A DNA stretch of 63,733 bases, the filler included, from Octopus bimaculoides (taxonomy: Eukaryota): assembly GCF_001194135.2 (NCBI RefSeq). It is 4 parts of 4 records of this genome, joined end to end, with 100 filler letters (N's around TTAATTAATTAA, not from the genome) between each part and the next. Parts side by side here need not be neighbours in the genome. Positions count along the whole stretch, not along the records: positions 20,805 to 39,380 come from NC_068996.1; positions 39,481 to 61,880 come from NC_068987.1; 2 more parts are not named here. The stretch is one strand, 5' to 3'. The notes beneath the pieces are model-generated. The model saw nothing but the letters and a program-made list of their open reading frames with translations, was not told the origin of the DNA and did no database searches. Position 1 is the first letter of the stretch. Every line of letters starts with the position of its first letter. The translations under genes were made by a program, and so were the position numbers. Of the stretch, positions 35,294-48,405 are shown one piece after another.

Positions 35294-35471
35294 GTTAAAG
35301 AAGTGATTTTAAATTCTCAAACGCAGAATAATGCTAATAATATAGCCTGAACAGGATAAACTATTCCTAGCCACCTACACTTTTCCCTGCAAAACAGGGG
35401 TAGTTTATCCTGTTCAGGCTATATTATTAGCATTATCCTGCGTTTGAGAATTTAAAAATCATTTCTTTAAC
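35294..35471. repeat. Fold-back MITE, ~70-bp arms, 37-nt loop
   Basis: gttaaagaagtgattttaaattctcaaacgcagaataatgctaataatatagcctgaacaggataaacta and its near-perfect reverse complement at 35401-35471. Confidence 0.9.
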
Positions 35472-35574
35472 AGACTTAATAATATTTACTAACCACAAAA
35501 AGATACACAATATAGTAGCTAAAGCTTAATGTATTGATACTACACAACCATCATTAATTTAATCCTTAATATTG

Positions 35575-35790
35575 ATTTCAAATGTTGGCACAAGGCCATC
35601 AGTTATTTGGCGGGATGGGCTAAGTAGATTACATCAAACCCCCCAATTTTTGACAGGTACTTCTTTTATCAACCTCAAAAGGATGAAAGGCAAAGTCGAC
35701 CTTGGTGGAATTTGAACTCAGTATGTAAAGACAGATGAAATGTTGCTTAGCATTTTGCCCAACATGTTAATGATTCTGCTGCCTTACAAT
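35575..35790 (-). mobile_element. SINE family B inside the pogo relic
   Basis: ggatgaaaggcaaagtcgaccttggtggaatttgaactc... is the reverse complement of the family B head. Confidence 0.75.
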
Positions 35791-36102
35791 TTAATTCTTA
35801 ACCTTAATTTGATTTAATATGTAGAAGTAAAACTCAGCCTAAAATTTTTAAAATTCCATAAAGGGTAGTTGTTGATGTTCACCCAAGAGACCATATGGAT
35901 GAAACTATGGCTACAAATTGCATGGGTAAAGCATTCTAACAGACTCTAATAAAAAAGAAAAAACCACCTATTCTTGTTTAGGATCTGTTCAAGGGTACAC
36001 AGAACAAATGCCATCAAAAAGAAGGTGGAAGAATTAAAAAATTCAGCTATTATTCCTGATGGTCTGACAAGCCAACTGCAGCCATTATGTCGATGAAGGC
36101 TT

Positions 36103-36311
36103 TTAACCCTTTCACATTCAGATTACTCTGTCAAATTTATTTATTCACATTGTTCTGAATTAATCATGCATTATTTCATAGCTTCAATGATGTGATTGTT
36201 TATTCTTAGAATGATATTGTAGGGTAGGTGAGAGAGGCTGGATCTGGCCAATTTGAACATAAAACAGGTTATTTGGGCTGGATATGGCTGGTTTAAATGC
36301 TAAAGGGTTAA
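36103..36311. mobile_element. piggyBac-type MITE inside the pogo relic
   Basis: TTAA-ccctttcacattcag ... ctaaaggg-TTAA. Confidence 0.8.
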
Positions 36312-36669
36312 ACAAAACAAAGAACATTGGGAAATCCATATGATTATACACTCACTTCATTGCACAGGTGTGCGTGTGAAAGGGCAAAGAAATTTGGCTG
36401 GAGGAGAATGTGAGAACTGAAATAAATGTCTAGTCTTTTAGGAAGTGTGGAATTAATGGCACCAAAGATAGTGATAAAAACACTGGAGATGACAAGTTTT
36501 AAGGTTTTGATGATGAAGAATTTTCTGGCTTTGAAGATGATTAAAAATTTTGTTAACACACACACTAAAGTTTTTCTCCATTCTCTTACATTACTCTTTA
36601 TGTTCAATGGTAGCTTGCATTTCATGAAATATTTTCTGCTTTATTTTCCCCTTACAATATATTTATTAC

Positions 36670-36890
36670 TAAGGCAGCAAACTGGCTGAATTGTTAGCAC
36701 GCCAGGCAAAATGCCTAGTAGTATTTCATCTGTCTTTACGTTCAGAGTTCAAATTCCACTGAGGTCGAACTTGCCTTTCATTGTTTCGAGGTTGATAAAT
36801 TAAATACCAGTTGGGGCTGATCTAATTGACTGGCCCCACTCCCACAAAATTTTGGGCCTTGTGCCTAGAGTAGAAAAGGATATTATATTT
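36670..36890 (+). mobile_element. SINE family B
   Basis: ggcagcaaactggctgaattgttagcacgcc...gagttcaaattcc (B box)...gggccttgtgcctagagtagaaaagg. Confidence 0.8.
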
Positions 36891-37557
36891 ATTACTGTGG
36901 ACCACTCATGTAGGATATATAATTGTAAATAACCTGTTTGTTCCAATCTCCTCTTTGTGTTCAAATGCCTTTTTTTTTATTTATGTGCATTAATGTTTCC
37001 TGCTCTGTCTGAGCAATTTCTGTTTTCGCTTTTAAATTATATATTATTAAGATAGCTTTTCCTGTTGCCCTAGTAGCACATTTAGTTCAATCTCTTATTC
37101 TATACACATTCCAATGGACAGTAAATGTTTAAATACACAAAAAGACATTTTCCTGAACACACCTTTCAGAAATTAAGGTGCGTCTTCTATTCCCATGCGC
37201 CTTATAATGCCATCAGAAACGGTATGTATGTGTGTGTGTGTGCGTGTGAGTGTACATATACACATATACATACATAATGTATATATGTTTCTGTATATGT
37301 ATGCATCTACATACACACATTACATTTTAGAAATTAGACTAGAGCCACTATGATTGCAAGATCTTATCATCTGTGAAATCTGATAAGATCATTCAATCGA
37401 AATAGTCATAATGTAACTTATAAAATATAAAGTGTTAAAACCGAGTATTCTCTTATTATTTAAGTCTTTAGTATTAAGTTTATAAAGAAGTCTACTTCAT
37501 TCATTGATAGAAATCAAAGAAACTCAATGAAAAGAAAAGAGCATTATGTATGCGTGC

Positions 37558-37592
<35 letters not shown>

Positions 37593-37616
37593 CATATGTA
37601 CATACTTACATCTATA

Positions 37617-38272
37617 GTATCATCATCATCGTTTAACGTCCGCTTTCCATGCTAGCATGGGTTGGACGATTTGACTGAGGACTGGTGAAACCGGATGGCA
37701 ACACCAGGCTCCAGTTTAATTTGGCAGAGTTTCTACAGCTGGATGCCCTTCCTAATGCCAACCACTCAGAGAGTGTAGTGGGTGCTTTTACGTGTCACCC
37801 ACACGAAAACGGCCACGCTTGAAATGGTGTCTTTTATGTGCCACCCGCACAAGCCAGTCCAGGGGCACTGGCNNNNNNNNNNNNNNNNNNNNNNNNNNNN
37901 NNNNNNNNNNNNNNNNNNNNNNNNNNNNNNNNNNNNNNNNNNNNNNNNNNNNNNNNNNNNNNNNNNNNNNNNNNNNNNNNNNNNNNNNNNNNNNNNNNNN
38001 NNNNNNNNNNNNNNNNNNNNNNNNNNNNNNNNNNNNNNNNNNNNNNNNNNNNNNNNNNNNNNNNNNNNNNNNNNNNNNNNNNNNNNNNNNNNNNNNNNNN
38101 NNNNNNNNNNNNNNNNNNNACGCAGCTATCCTCATCCATTCTCACCACATGTCCATACCAGCGCAATCGTCTCTCTTGCACACCACAACTGATGCTTCTA
38201 ATGTTCAGCTTTTCTCTCAAGATACTTACACTCTGACGGGTATTCACATTGACATTACACATCCAACGGAGC

Positions 38273-38275
<3 letters not shown>
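37617..38275 (-). mobile_element. Young RTE LINE 3' end spanning a gap
   Basis: LREKLNIRSISCGVQERRLRWYGHVVRMDEDSC (38120-38270) and an intact 3' UTR ending gcggacgttaaacgatgatgatgatac. Confidence 0.9.
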
Positions 38276-38308
<33 letters not shown>

Positions 38309-38325
38309 GCATACATATACACACT

Positions 38326-38358
<33 letters not shown>

Positions 38359-38649
38359 CAATAAGAAAATGGAGGGGAATAGGTGGTATTCATCAAGTTG
38401 AAGACATTTTATTGTGTCAGTTTACCTGTTTATTTGTTAACTAAAAGGACAATAATAACAATACACAAACACATGTGACATATGTTATATCAGTAATTAA
38501 AAAAGGACATGACTATATATATATATATATATATATATTCATACGGAAATGAAAGAAATCTCTTAAATAAAGTATGATAAAAAATAAACCTTGGAAACCA
38601 AGGGAATAATACCCTAAACGGAAGAAGTATTTTCATCTGGAAAAATATA

Positions 38650-38687
<38 letters not shown>

Positions 38688-38688
38688 T

Positions 38689-38741
<53 letters not shown>

Positions 38742-39098
38742 GTAAATATAATGTGTGACAATTATTCGGTAGCCATGATAAAACTCTGAGTTTTATATAT
38801 AAAGGTATGTTTCCAAATTAGGTTGGTAGGGATATACAATCCTAGCAAGTATCGTAATAGCTTTTACCACTTAATAATGCTGGCTAACCTTTGTGAGTGT
38901 AGAAAAGATTCCTGTTAGTTTATTTTACTATCCACAATAAATCTTCACATCGGTAAATCCATATGTCTCTGCAGAGACTGCATGTTGTTGGTAGAGAAGA
39001 AGTAATAAATTAGTAATAAGGAAAATGCAGATTTATATAAGATGTGATTGACAGTAGAATAAAACTGGATATATAAATCTTCCTTTTCCATATTATTA

Positions 39099-39129
<31 letters not shown>

Positions 39130-39172
39130 GGTATGCTGATGCAAACAAGAAAAATAGAACTCAGAACTTGAG

Positions 39173-39380
39173 TATATCATCATCATCGTTTAACGTCCGC
39201 TTTCCATGCTAGCATGGGTTGGACGATTTGACTGAGGACTGGTGAAACCGGATGGCAACACCAGGCTCCAGTCTGATTTGGCAGAGTTTCTACAGCTGGA
39301 TGCCCTTCCTAACGCCAACCACTCAGAGAGTGTAGTGGGTGCTTTTACGTGTCACCCGCACGAAAACGGCCACGCTCGAA
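39173..39380 (-). mobile_element. RTE 3' UTR, near-identical to 37617-37825
   Basis: About five differences in ~200 bp; truncated by the scaffold spacer. Confidence 0.9.
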
Positions 39381-39424
39381 NNNNNNNNNNNNNNNNNNNN
39401 NNNNNNNNNNNNNNNNNNNNNNNN

Positions 39425-39436
39425 TTAATTAATTAA
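39425..39436. other. Artificial scaffold linker
   Basis: 44N-TTAATTAATTAA-44N. Confidence 0.9.
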
Positions 39437-39480
39437 NNNNNNNNNNNNNNNNNNNNNNNNNNNNNNNNNNNNNNNNNNNN

Positions 39481-39579
<99 letters not shown>

Positions 39580-39718
39580 AGTGTATGTGTGTATGTGTGT
39601 GCCAATATGTGCGTGTGTATTAATGTATTTTTATTTGTTTCCCCATGCATTAATATCTGTTTTTCGAATTGTCTCTCTCTCTCTCTCTCATTCTAATACA
39701 CACAAACATACACGTAAA

Positions 39719-39756
<38 letters not shown>

Positions 39757-39854
39757 AATACACATACACAGATAGACATAGACACATTCAGTCACACACG
39801 GCCACTCAGAAATACACACGCACACAGACACACACACCTGAACATACACATACG

Positions 39855-39904
<50 letters not shown>

Positions 39905-40071
39905 CAAACATACAAGCCATACAAGAACGATAACCCAAGTATCTACGTGTGTATGTACGTATTTACTTAAATACGTATGTGGCTGCGTGTAAATGTAAGC
40001 ATATATGAGAGAATACATGTTAAATGTGTGTATCTATCTATGGAAGCATTTATATACGTATATATAAATGC

Positions 40072-40119
<48 letters not shown>

Positions 40120-40616
40120 NNNNNNNNNNNNNNNNNNNNNNNNNNNNNNNNNNNNNNNNNNNNNNNNNNNNNNNNNNNNNNNNNNNNNNNNNNNNNNNNN
40201 NNNNNNNNNNNNNNNNNNNNNNNNNNNNNNNNNNNNNNNNNNNNNNNNNNNNNNNNNNNNNNNNNNNNNNNNNNNNNNNNNNNNNNNNNNNNNNNNNNNN
40301 NNNNNNNNNNNNNNNNNNNNNNNNNNNNNNNNNNNNNNNNNNNNNNNNNNNNNNNNNNNNNNNNNNNNNNNNNNNNNNNNNNNNNNNNNNNNNNNNNNNN
40401 NNNNNNNNNNNNNNNNNNNNNNNNNNNNNNNNNNNNNNNNNNNNNNNNNNNNNNNNNNNNNNNNNNNNNNNNNNNNNNNNNNNNNNNNNNNNNNNNNNNN
40501 NNNNNNNNNNNNNNNNNNNNNNNNNNNNNNNNNNNNNNNNNNNNNNNNNNNNNNNNNNNNNNNNNNNNNNNNNNNNNNNNNNNNNNNNNNNNNNNNNNNN
40601 ATATATATATATATAC

Positions 40617-40770
40617 ATAGGCACAGGTGTGGCTGTGTGGTGAGAAGTTTGTTCCCCAAACGCATGGTTCCGGGTTTAGTTCCACCGAGTGTCACCTTCG
40701 ACAAGTGCTTTCTGCTATGGCCTCGGATTTTGTAACCGGAAACTGAAAGAAGCCTATCGTCTATATATAC
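40617..40770 (+). mobile_element. SINE family A head
   Basis: ggcacaggtgtggctgtgtggtgagaag...gggtttagttcc...ggaaactgaaagaagcc. Confidence 0.75.
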
Positions 40771-41039
40771 ATGTGTGGGTGTGTGGGTGCGTGTGCGTGT
40801 GTATCAGGCAGATACTGAATTTGCTTTTTGGGTAGTCTTTCTTTAGCTCCCATCCAATGTTCCAATTTATTCCTTGACTACTTAGAGTGTAAAGTACAAT
40901 ATTTATAATAACCACAATGAAGAATTCGAACATAGAACTTGATGTTTGTTTCCAGTTAGTTTATTCATAATGGTATGCCCTGAAAAGTTCTTACTAATAA
41001 TGCGTAAATCTTTGCATATGAATATGCAACAATATGCAG

Positions 41040-41280
41040 TTGGTGCGATCGAAACCCGTCTCGGACGCTTATTATGAATAAACTACCTAAATCTTGATCT
41101 TGATAAAATAGCCTTCTCAAAACAAAATGACTACAAATCCAAGCCATTACCGGAACTGCAAAAATTTGTAAAGCTTTCCAGAAGCTTATCATTGAAGTAT
41201 ATATAAGCAAGTCTAGATATACAAGTATATGTATGTGAAGACATACATAAAACAAAAACAGAAATCTATACGCATACATA
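41040..41280 (+). mobile_element. R4/Dong-like LINE 3' end (divergent subfamily)
   Basis: LQIQAITGTAKICKAFQKLII at 41131-41193 is homologous to LQIRSITGTVKICKTLQMFII at 43526. It runs into (TACA)n. Confidence 0.8.
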
Positions 41281-41529
41281 AATACATGCATACATAAAAC
41301 AAAACAGAAATCTATACGTAAACATAGATACATGCATGCATGCATACATACATACATACATGCATGCATACATACATACATACATACATACATACATACA
41401 TAAGACCACAACGATATAAGATCATATGTAAGACCATACATACACACACATACATACATCCAACCATCCATCCATAATACATACATACAACATACATACA
41501 CACATACATACATACATACATACATATGT

Positions 41530-43640
41530 AAGAGCACCACAATGTAAGACCATATATAAGAGCACAACGTGGTTTCGCAGCTAGCAACATTCCAACAGAT
41601 TCCATAGTGCCTGCCAGCCAAACTACATTTCTGACCACTGTCCCCACCTTCAACGACTACGGTAAATAACAAGCACAACCGCATCAATTTTTGTTGTAGT
41701 AGTGGTAGTCAAGACACTATACCGGTGAAATGTGCTCTTGCTGAAATTTTCAGAGAAAAGGTAATTGACTTTGAAGTACTCTCTCGAGGAGAGAGTTTTC
41801 TCAACCAAAGTAATTAAAAAACAACCAGATACGGTACTAAAAGTTGTTCATGAAGCTGGTAATAAATATTTACAGCAGTGTGATGAACCCACATTCTGGC
41901 AGATTAACACCTGACCATATATGCTGCTGCTGCAAAGCAGTACATGAATGATATTAAAAAAGTAAACAAAACCGAAATAACAATGAAAGTAGAAAAAGAT
42001 AACTGGTTTACAGAAGACCATCAATCATATAATGATGCTTATTGCGTGCAAACAAGCAAATCACTACACGTCTCACAAACAGAAAATAAAGGAGTTAGAA
42101 ATGATGTTTGGAGACAACAAAATGAGGACACTCACTTGCAAACTCATTACCTTCGAGCAGGAGCTAAAAGCTGTCAGTGAAAAACTCTGACATCAGAAGA
42201 GAATAACCGAGAAAAGAACAATAAAAAGAAATTTAACCGGAACCAGGCAGCAGTATACAGAGACATGAGAGGAGGAGTAGTGAACATCACAGAAACTCCT
42301 TCACGAGAAGACATAGATTCCTTCTGGAGGAAAATCTGGAGTGAAGAGGAGTTTAACGACGATGCACTGTAGTTGGAAGAAATCCGAAGAAGTCATTGCT
42401 CCTGTGTCACACCCAAGACATACGAAATTGGTGGTGAAACTTTTGCAATTATGATCCAGAAACACCAAGATGGAAAAACGCCTAGAAGAATCTTGAATGT
42501 TGGATATTAGCGCAAGAAGTTGGCCTTCTACCGACCATATCTTTTCAATGTGTACCAGTAAGCTCTCAATGGGAACAGTAGCATACCACACTGATTAGCT
42601 CTGGCAGAGACAAGATTGAGTCCCAAATGCAGAACCCACATGGCAAAAAACTACCGGCCAAATGCATGCCAGAATTTAATATATCAGATATATAGAGCAT
42701 GATTAAACCTCTTCCTCCACGACCATTGTGAAACCAATAACATCCTCACAGCAGAACAAACAGCTGAGAAGAAAGGTGTCTGGCGATGTGCTGAACAATA
42801 GTTAATCAACAAAAGTGTGATGTCACAGGTGCGAGAGCATAGTAGGAATCTGGTTTCAATGTGGCTGGACTACAATTAAGCCTTTGACTCTATTCCCCAC
42901 TCATGGATGCTAGAAGCCCTTGAACATGCTAAAGTTCCAGTGGGCATATTTAAAGCCATAGCTGACCTGACTTCATCATGGGCCACCATCTTGAAAGTAA
43001 ACAAAGAGTGACTGTATTTTCACTGATAGAATCGCAAAGGCATATTTCAAGGGGACAGCTTCTCTGTGATGTTGTTTATACTTTCTGTAAACCCCTTGTC
43101 ATTCACGTTAAGGAAGTCTGAAGGATATCTCACTGGTTCATAAGAGAAAAGAAATAAGAACCCACAGTATGGTAGAAGCTGTAGCCAATCATAATAAAAT
43201 GAAGTACTGGTGGAATATCCCAGTGGAAACCTCAATAAAATGTAAGCACAACATCTGATATAATAATTTGGGATAGAGAAGAGAAACTGTGCAGAGTTGT
43301 GGAAATTAGAAGCCCAGCGGATGTTAACAGAGAGCTGAAGATAAGTGAAAAAGAGAATACGTACGCTGAACGGTTGAGAAATCTGCAGTTACGCTATCTA
43401 GATGACGAATTCAGGTTTATACTTGTAATTATTAGGGCACTGGGGTATGTAGCACACTGCCTAAATACAAATCTTGATTAAACAGGCTTCTTAAAGCCAG
43501 AAAGGAGAGAAAGCTAATTCGAAGACTACAGATCCGATCCATCACTGGAACTGTAAAAATCTGTAAAACTTTGCAGATGTTTATCATTTCAATATATAAG
43601 CATGTCTAGATAAGCAACTATATGCATGAGAATACATACA
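41530..43640 (+). mobile_element. R4/Dong-like LINE with RT and restriction-like endonuclease, decayed and internally deleted
   Basis: IYAAAAK, FNRNQAAVYRDM, DSFWRKIWSEE, NYRPNACQNLIY, KKGVWRCAEQ.LINKSVM, WLDYN.AFDSIPHSW, GIFQGDSFSVMLFILSVNPLS, KHN.SDIIIWDREEKLCRVVEIRSPADVN (PD-(D/E)xK region), ITGTVKICKT. Flanked by (TACA)n. Confidence 0.9.
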
Positions 43641-43654
43641 TAAAACACAAAAAT

Positions 43655-44185
43655 ACCCCGTTGTTGATGTTGAATTTCCAATGAAGGAGCCTTGGATCTG
43701 AGTTAGAAACCGGTTCTTTCTCTATTGGCAAGAAATCTTAAAATAAACTGAATAATGACATAGATACTCTGTTGTCGATGTTGAAATTCCAAGGAACGAG
43801 CCTTGGATCTAGGTTAGAAACCAGCTCCTTCTCTGTTGGTAAGAAATCTTGAAATACAACTGGATAAAGACATACATACATGAATGCGTACATACATACA
43901 TACATACAAGCATGCGTACATACATACATACATACATACATACATACATACATACATACATACATACATACATACAAAATACGCTGTTGTTGATGCTGAA
44001 ATTCCAATGAAGGGGCTTTTGAAACCGGCTCTTTCTCTATTAGCAAGAAATATTGAAGTAATACTGGACAATGACAAATATGCATACAAAACTACTCTAT
44101 TGATGTTGTTGAAATTTCATTGATTGGATCTAGGTTAGAAACTGATTCTATCTCTATTGAAATAAAACTGTGAAATGACATATAT
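43655..44185 (+). repeat. Four diverged ~105-bp units, each ending in gaca(t/a)a(c/t)atac, stacked downstream of the R4 element
   Basis: Units start near 43658, 43768, 43983 and 44096 with tgttgttgatgttgaaattccaa...gttagaaacc.g.tctttctctatt; (TACA)n lies between units 2 and 3. Confidence 0.8.
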
Positions 44186-45260
44186 GCATACATACATACA
44201 CAAACAAATACACACATACAAACATTCATACATACATACATACATACAAACATTCATACATACATACATACATGCATGCATGCATANNNNNNNNNNNNNN
44301 NNNNNNNNNNNNNNNNNNNNNNNNNNNNNNNNNNNNNNNNNNNNNNNNNNNNNNNNNNNNNNNNNNNNNNNNNNNNNNNNNNNNNNNNNNNNNNNNNNNN
44401 NNNNNNNNNNNNNNNNNNNNNNNNNNNNNNNNNNNNNNNNNNNNNNNNNNNNNNNNNNNNNNNNNNNNNNNNNNNNNNNNNNNNNNNNNNNNNNNNNNNN
44501 NNNNNNNNNNNNNNNNNNNNNNNNNNNNNNNNNNNNNNNNNNNNNNNNNNNNNNNNNNNNNNNNNNNNNNNNNNNNNNNNNNNNNNNNNNNNNNNNNNNN
44601 NNNNNNNNNNNNNNNNNNNNNNNNNNNNNNNNNNNNNNNNNNNNNNNNNNNNNNNNNNNNNNNNATATATATATATATATATATACAGCTTTTTACCTAC
44701 ATATGTGTGTTTTGTTATTTGTGTAGATACACATATGTAGAAACATATATGCATACTTATTGATGCATACATACATACACATTCACATATTTATAATTAT
44801 GTTGGAGCAGTATTTGAGAATATGCACGTATATACGTTTGTGTAGGTATATATATATTTATGTACGTATTATCACGACAGTAAATTTTGAATTTCCTTGA
44901 AAAGTCATGAAAATATGAAAAAATTAACAATCTCTTGATGCAACAAAAATGTCAACTAAAATTTAATGAAAAGTAATTTCAAGAAACCCAAATATATTAT
45001 AAACATATTCACATTTATATGTGAGAGCGCGCGCGTGTGTGTGTGTGTGTGTGTGTGTACGTGTGTGTGTATGCATGTGCGTCTGTGTGCGTTCATGTGT
45101 GTGCGTTCATGTGTGTGTGTCTATGTGTGTATGTATGTGTGTGTGTTATTTATATGTAAGTATGTATGTATATAGGCATTTATTTGTTATATATGACACG
45201 GGTATGACCAGATATGACCGCAGACAGCCAGCCAGGCAGACAGACAGACACAGATAGATC

Positions 45261-45296
<36 letters not shown>

Positions 45297-45425
45297 CACG
45301 GATGATCGGAAATATATTCACTTCGTTGATGTTTCAATGGAAATTAGTAAGTAGTGTGCTTTCATGCCGAATCTATATGTATCTGTGTGCGCGCGTGTGT
45401 CAGTGTATGAATGCATGTATGTCTG

Positions 45426-45486
<61 letters not shown>

Positions 45487-46965
45487 TTATCTATCTATCA
45501 ATCTATCTATCTATCCACCTCTTTGTTTCTCTCTCTCTAAATATATATATTACGTATCTCTTTTCCCCCCTCGTATTTCCTCTCTTTCTCTTTTCCTCTC
45601 GTTGCTCACCTATTCTTCTACTTCCTCCCTTTGTTTCTCCCTCTATCATTCTCTCTCTTCCCTTTACACCGGCATGGTCACATGCTTCCGGTCAATAATC
45701 CTTTTCTTCCTTGGTTATCGCCGAGCAAACACACGAACCACTTCGTCCCTTTCAAGTTCGTGCTTCACAGCGTTCATACACACATAATTTTTCTCGTCTG
45801 GCCATAAAGCCTTTTCTGTTTGTTTTCCTGTCTTGTTGTTTGTCCGCCACTACATTCCTCCATGGCAAGATTTAATTTGCGTATACAAATTTAATCTGCG
45901 GTCCNNNNNNNNNNNNNNNNNNNNNNNNNNNNNNNNNNNNNNNNNNNNNNNNNNNNNNNNNNNNNNNNNNNNNNNNNNNNNNNNNNNNNNNNNNNNNNNN
46001 NNNNNNNNNNNNNNNNNNNNNNNNNNNNNNNNNNNNNNNNNNNNNNNNNNNNNNNNNNNNNNNNNNNNNNNNNNNNNNNNNNNNNNNNNNNNNNNNNNNN
46101 NNNNNNNNNNNNNNNNNNNNNNNNNNNNNNNNNNNNNNNNNNNNNNNNNNNNNNNNNNNNNNNNNNNNNNNNNNNNNNNNNNNNNNNNNNNNNNNNNNNN
46201 NNNNNNNNNNNNNNNNNNNTATATATATATACATATAAATAGTGCACTGACGCACTCATCATACACATATATATGGCTACATGAATATATACATGTGTGT
46301 ATGTTTATATATTCGCAATATGAGAGAGAGAGAGAGTGTGAGACAGAGAGAGGGGGAAAAGAGAGACAGAGAAGAGAAAGGTAGTTAGAGAGACAGACAG
46401 CAACGTGTGTTCTTATTCGTGCGTGAAATTATGTGTAAATATGTATGCGTTCGCATATCTCAGTTTTTGTATATATGAATATTTGTATTCGTATTGAATG
46501 TGTGTGATTGTGTATAAACGTGTGTGTGTGAGTGTGCGTATGAACGTATTCGTGTGTGAGTCTTGTATGTCTGTGTGTGAGTGTAAACATGAGGAAGAAA
46601 ATATGTGTAGAAGATGAGAATATGACATGATTTTATATAACTTATGAAATAAATTCCTTTATTTTATGTTTTTTTGTAATGTAAACAATCTTATTTCACT
46701 ATATTTTTGACCGTTGTTGCTACTTGTATATCATATTGTTGACTTGTAGCTTGTAGTATTCACCATTTACTGTGTGCTATTATAAGTGGATATGGTTGCT
46801 TTTATTTATTCTGTCAAGAATGTCTGTTCAAGGAAATAGTTTAGAAAAAAATTGTTTTTAAGTGCTTCGATTTCTAAATATTACTTACGTTTTATGTAAA
46901 ATTGCATCATATATAAATTATAAATGGCCTATGTATATATGTGTGTGTGTGTGTGTGTGTGTATT

Positions 46966-47013
<48 letters not shown>

Positions 47014-47019
47014 CATACA

Positions 47020-47050
<31 letters not shown>

Positions 47051-47419
47051 CATACATACATACATACATACATACATACATACATACATACATACATAGA
47101 AAATTTCCTTTCTCACGTTTCTGTTGCGTTACAAAACATGAACCTTCTGTTGAAAGTGGGTAGAGTAAAGTATATGTTTATTTAACCTGGGATCAATAGT
47201 GTTTCCTTTTCGAAATCACTATCTAGTTCAGCCAGACTATTTTATACACTAGAGACATAAAGATTCTCTGATAATGATGTGAGTGAGAACCATTATGTTT
47301 TCCATCTATCATATACCTGAGGTGGTCAGTTTTGAAATTTCAGAGAGAGAATTTGAGTATGTTTCGCCAGCTCGTTATTTGTGTGGATTAAACTAGGGTA
47401 TTTCTCTGCAATACTGATA

Positions 47420-48000
47420 CCATAAGAAATGCTGGTGCCGTATCTAAACTTGCACATATTATGCTGGAGGTCTTTTCTTTAACAACAGTTACAGCATAAC
47501 AACAATTCAACCTGACAGTTAATGTCAAGAAAACTGAGATAATTTTACGGTAGATCATCACACAACACCTCCTCCCGACTATCTCCTCGCAACAACTACA
47601 ATTGAGCACAATCTCCTGAAACAGATACCACTGCAGCGTACAATCTAGTGACTTTACGAACGACAACGAAACACACAAAGATTTCTGCATTCATATTAAA
47701 TGTGCAACTCCATAGATGGCTCCAAGATATAGAATATGTTTGATTCATAATCCCCCTAGAACTTATATCTTTAACCTTATACTGTTCAAGTCATTTGACC
47801 GTAGCCAAGCTGGAGCACCGCTTTTTTCGTCAAAGGAATCGTCCGAAGAGGCATTTCAAAGATGAGATGAAGATGACTCTGGAGAAAAGTCGTATCGATC
47901 TTTTAAATATGGAAGTCATCAATGCAAACCACTCGGCTTGGATATCTTTCTGACGATGGGGAATTGAAAATATGAAGGAAAGGCTTACACTTAGTGTCTA
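47420..48000 (+). mobile_element. RTE-BovB-like LINE relic
   Basis: FNLTVNVKKTEIIL (47505-47548) and RPKRHFKDEMKMTLEKSRID...NHSAW (47840-47945). Confidence 0.6.
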
Positions 48001-48149
48001 AACCGTATCCCCTAGTCAAATATGTAAGTGAACTTTCATCAAATGAAGATGCACATCAATGATTTAAAGAGTAAAGACCCTCTTCGATCACGAATTACCA
48101 TGGGATTGCCCATAGAAATATCCCCTCCGAAGAACAAGTCCGGGCAAGG

Positions 48150-48405
48150 TTGTTTGTGGAATGCTACCCATGCATAACAGTCTCTCTTCTCCATGCCACT
48201 GATGTTGTCCGAGAGAAAGGCAAAGGCCGATACAGCCACGCATCAGTGACGTTGCAACTCATATCTACAGCTGAGTGAACTGGAACAGCGTTAAATAAAT
48301 TGTCTTGCTTAAGAACACAGCACACAGCCCGCTCCGGGAATCGAAATCACAACCTCAAGAGTGTAAGCCCGACAGCTCGAGCCACTGAGCCATGTGCCTT
48401 CACAT
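48150..48405 (-). mobile_element. SINE family C
   Basis: Reverse complement reads gtgaaggcacatggctcagtgg (A box)...gatttcgattccc (B box)...gtgttcttaagcaagaca...ccagttcactcagctg. Confidence 0.8.

Larger units (their letters stand above)
35000..36600 (+). mobile_element. pogo/Tigger-like DNA transposon relic split by three later insertions
   Basis: TSIAQKMPADYKEKIL, LGQIENMDEVLLSFDV.SNKTV, AIIPDGLTSQLQPL and SFRKCGI motifs of the DDE_1 transposase. Confidence 0.85.
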
